From a virus: DNA of 64,000 bases. The first letter of the stretch is position 1, and each line of letters begins with the position of its first letter. Under the pieces are notes generated by a model. It saw only the letters and a list, made by a program, of their open reading frames with translations, was not told where the DNA came from and searched no databases. The stretch lies in IMG/VR virus record IMGVR_UViG_3300008740_000712, positions 32,001 to 96,000 of that record, one strand, 5' to 3'. The translations under genes and the position numbers were made by a program. Below, in pieces: positions 63,990 to 64,000 of this stretch.

Positions 63990-63998
63990 ATTGTATCA
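63990..63998 (-). promoter_or_regulatory. Extended -10 promoter TG-A-TACAAT for the tRNA-like RNA
   Basis: TGATACAAT ends 12 nt upstream of G1, leaving a short 5' leader; the -35 region is outside the window. Confidence 0.55.
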
Positions 63999-64000
63999 CA

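Noticed and set aside
1-64000. Stop-codon reassignment (alternative genetic code)
   Set aside because: ORFs up to 2394 aa are intact in code 11, and TAA, TAG and TGA all terminate genes at tight junctions.
1-64000. CRISPR array, integrase/transposase, intein or diversity-generating retroelement
   Set aside because: No regularly spaced repeats, recombinase or RT motifs, or intein signatures seen; terminase, primase and portal have normal lengths.

Overview
This window is a segment of a large lytic, T4-like contractile-tail (myovirus-type) bacteriophage genome. It uses the standard genetic code, and every credible gene is on the minus strand, tightly packed and usually preceded by a GGAGG/GGAG Shine-Dalgarno site. 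From low to high coordinates it holds: (1) a head/packaging module with an adhesin-like fibre protein, ribosomal protein bS21, gp21-like prohead protease, gp20-like portal, gp17-like large terminase and an Hc1-like histone protein; (2) a holin plus two spanin-like membrane proteins with no lipoprotein; (3) a single-chain Mre11-Rad50 (gp47-gp46) fusion, a primase and a RuvC-like resolvase; (4) about 39 kb of tail/baseplate genes, including gp6, gp25, a gp5-like hub with an M15 peptidase, a tail fibre and very large LamG/Reelin-like proteins; (5) a gp55-like late sigma factor and a candidate ACTATTTAT late promoter motif; (6) an 11-gene nonulosonic-acid (sialic-acid-like) synthesis, activation and transfer cluster that includes a GT29-type sialyltransferase. 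The most unusual element is at 63830-63977: a 148-nt tRNA-like RNA with a complete alanine-identity acceptor arm (G3.U70, A73, CCA). Its anticodon loop is replaced by a second, circularly permuted tRNA core, giving a double-elbow RNA with no anticodon. All family assignments come from motif recognition by eye, without database searches.
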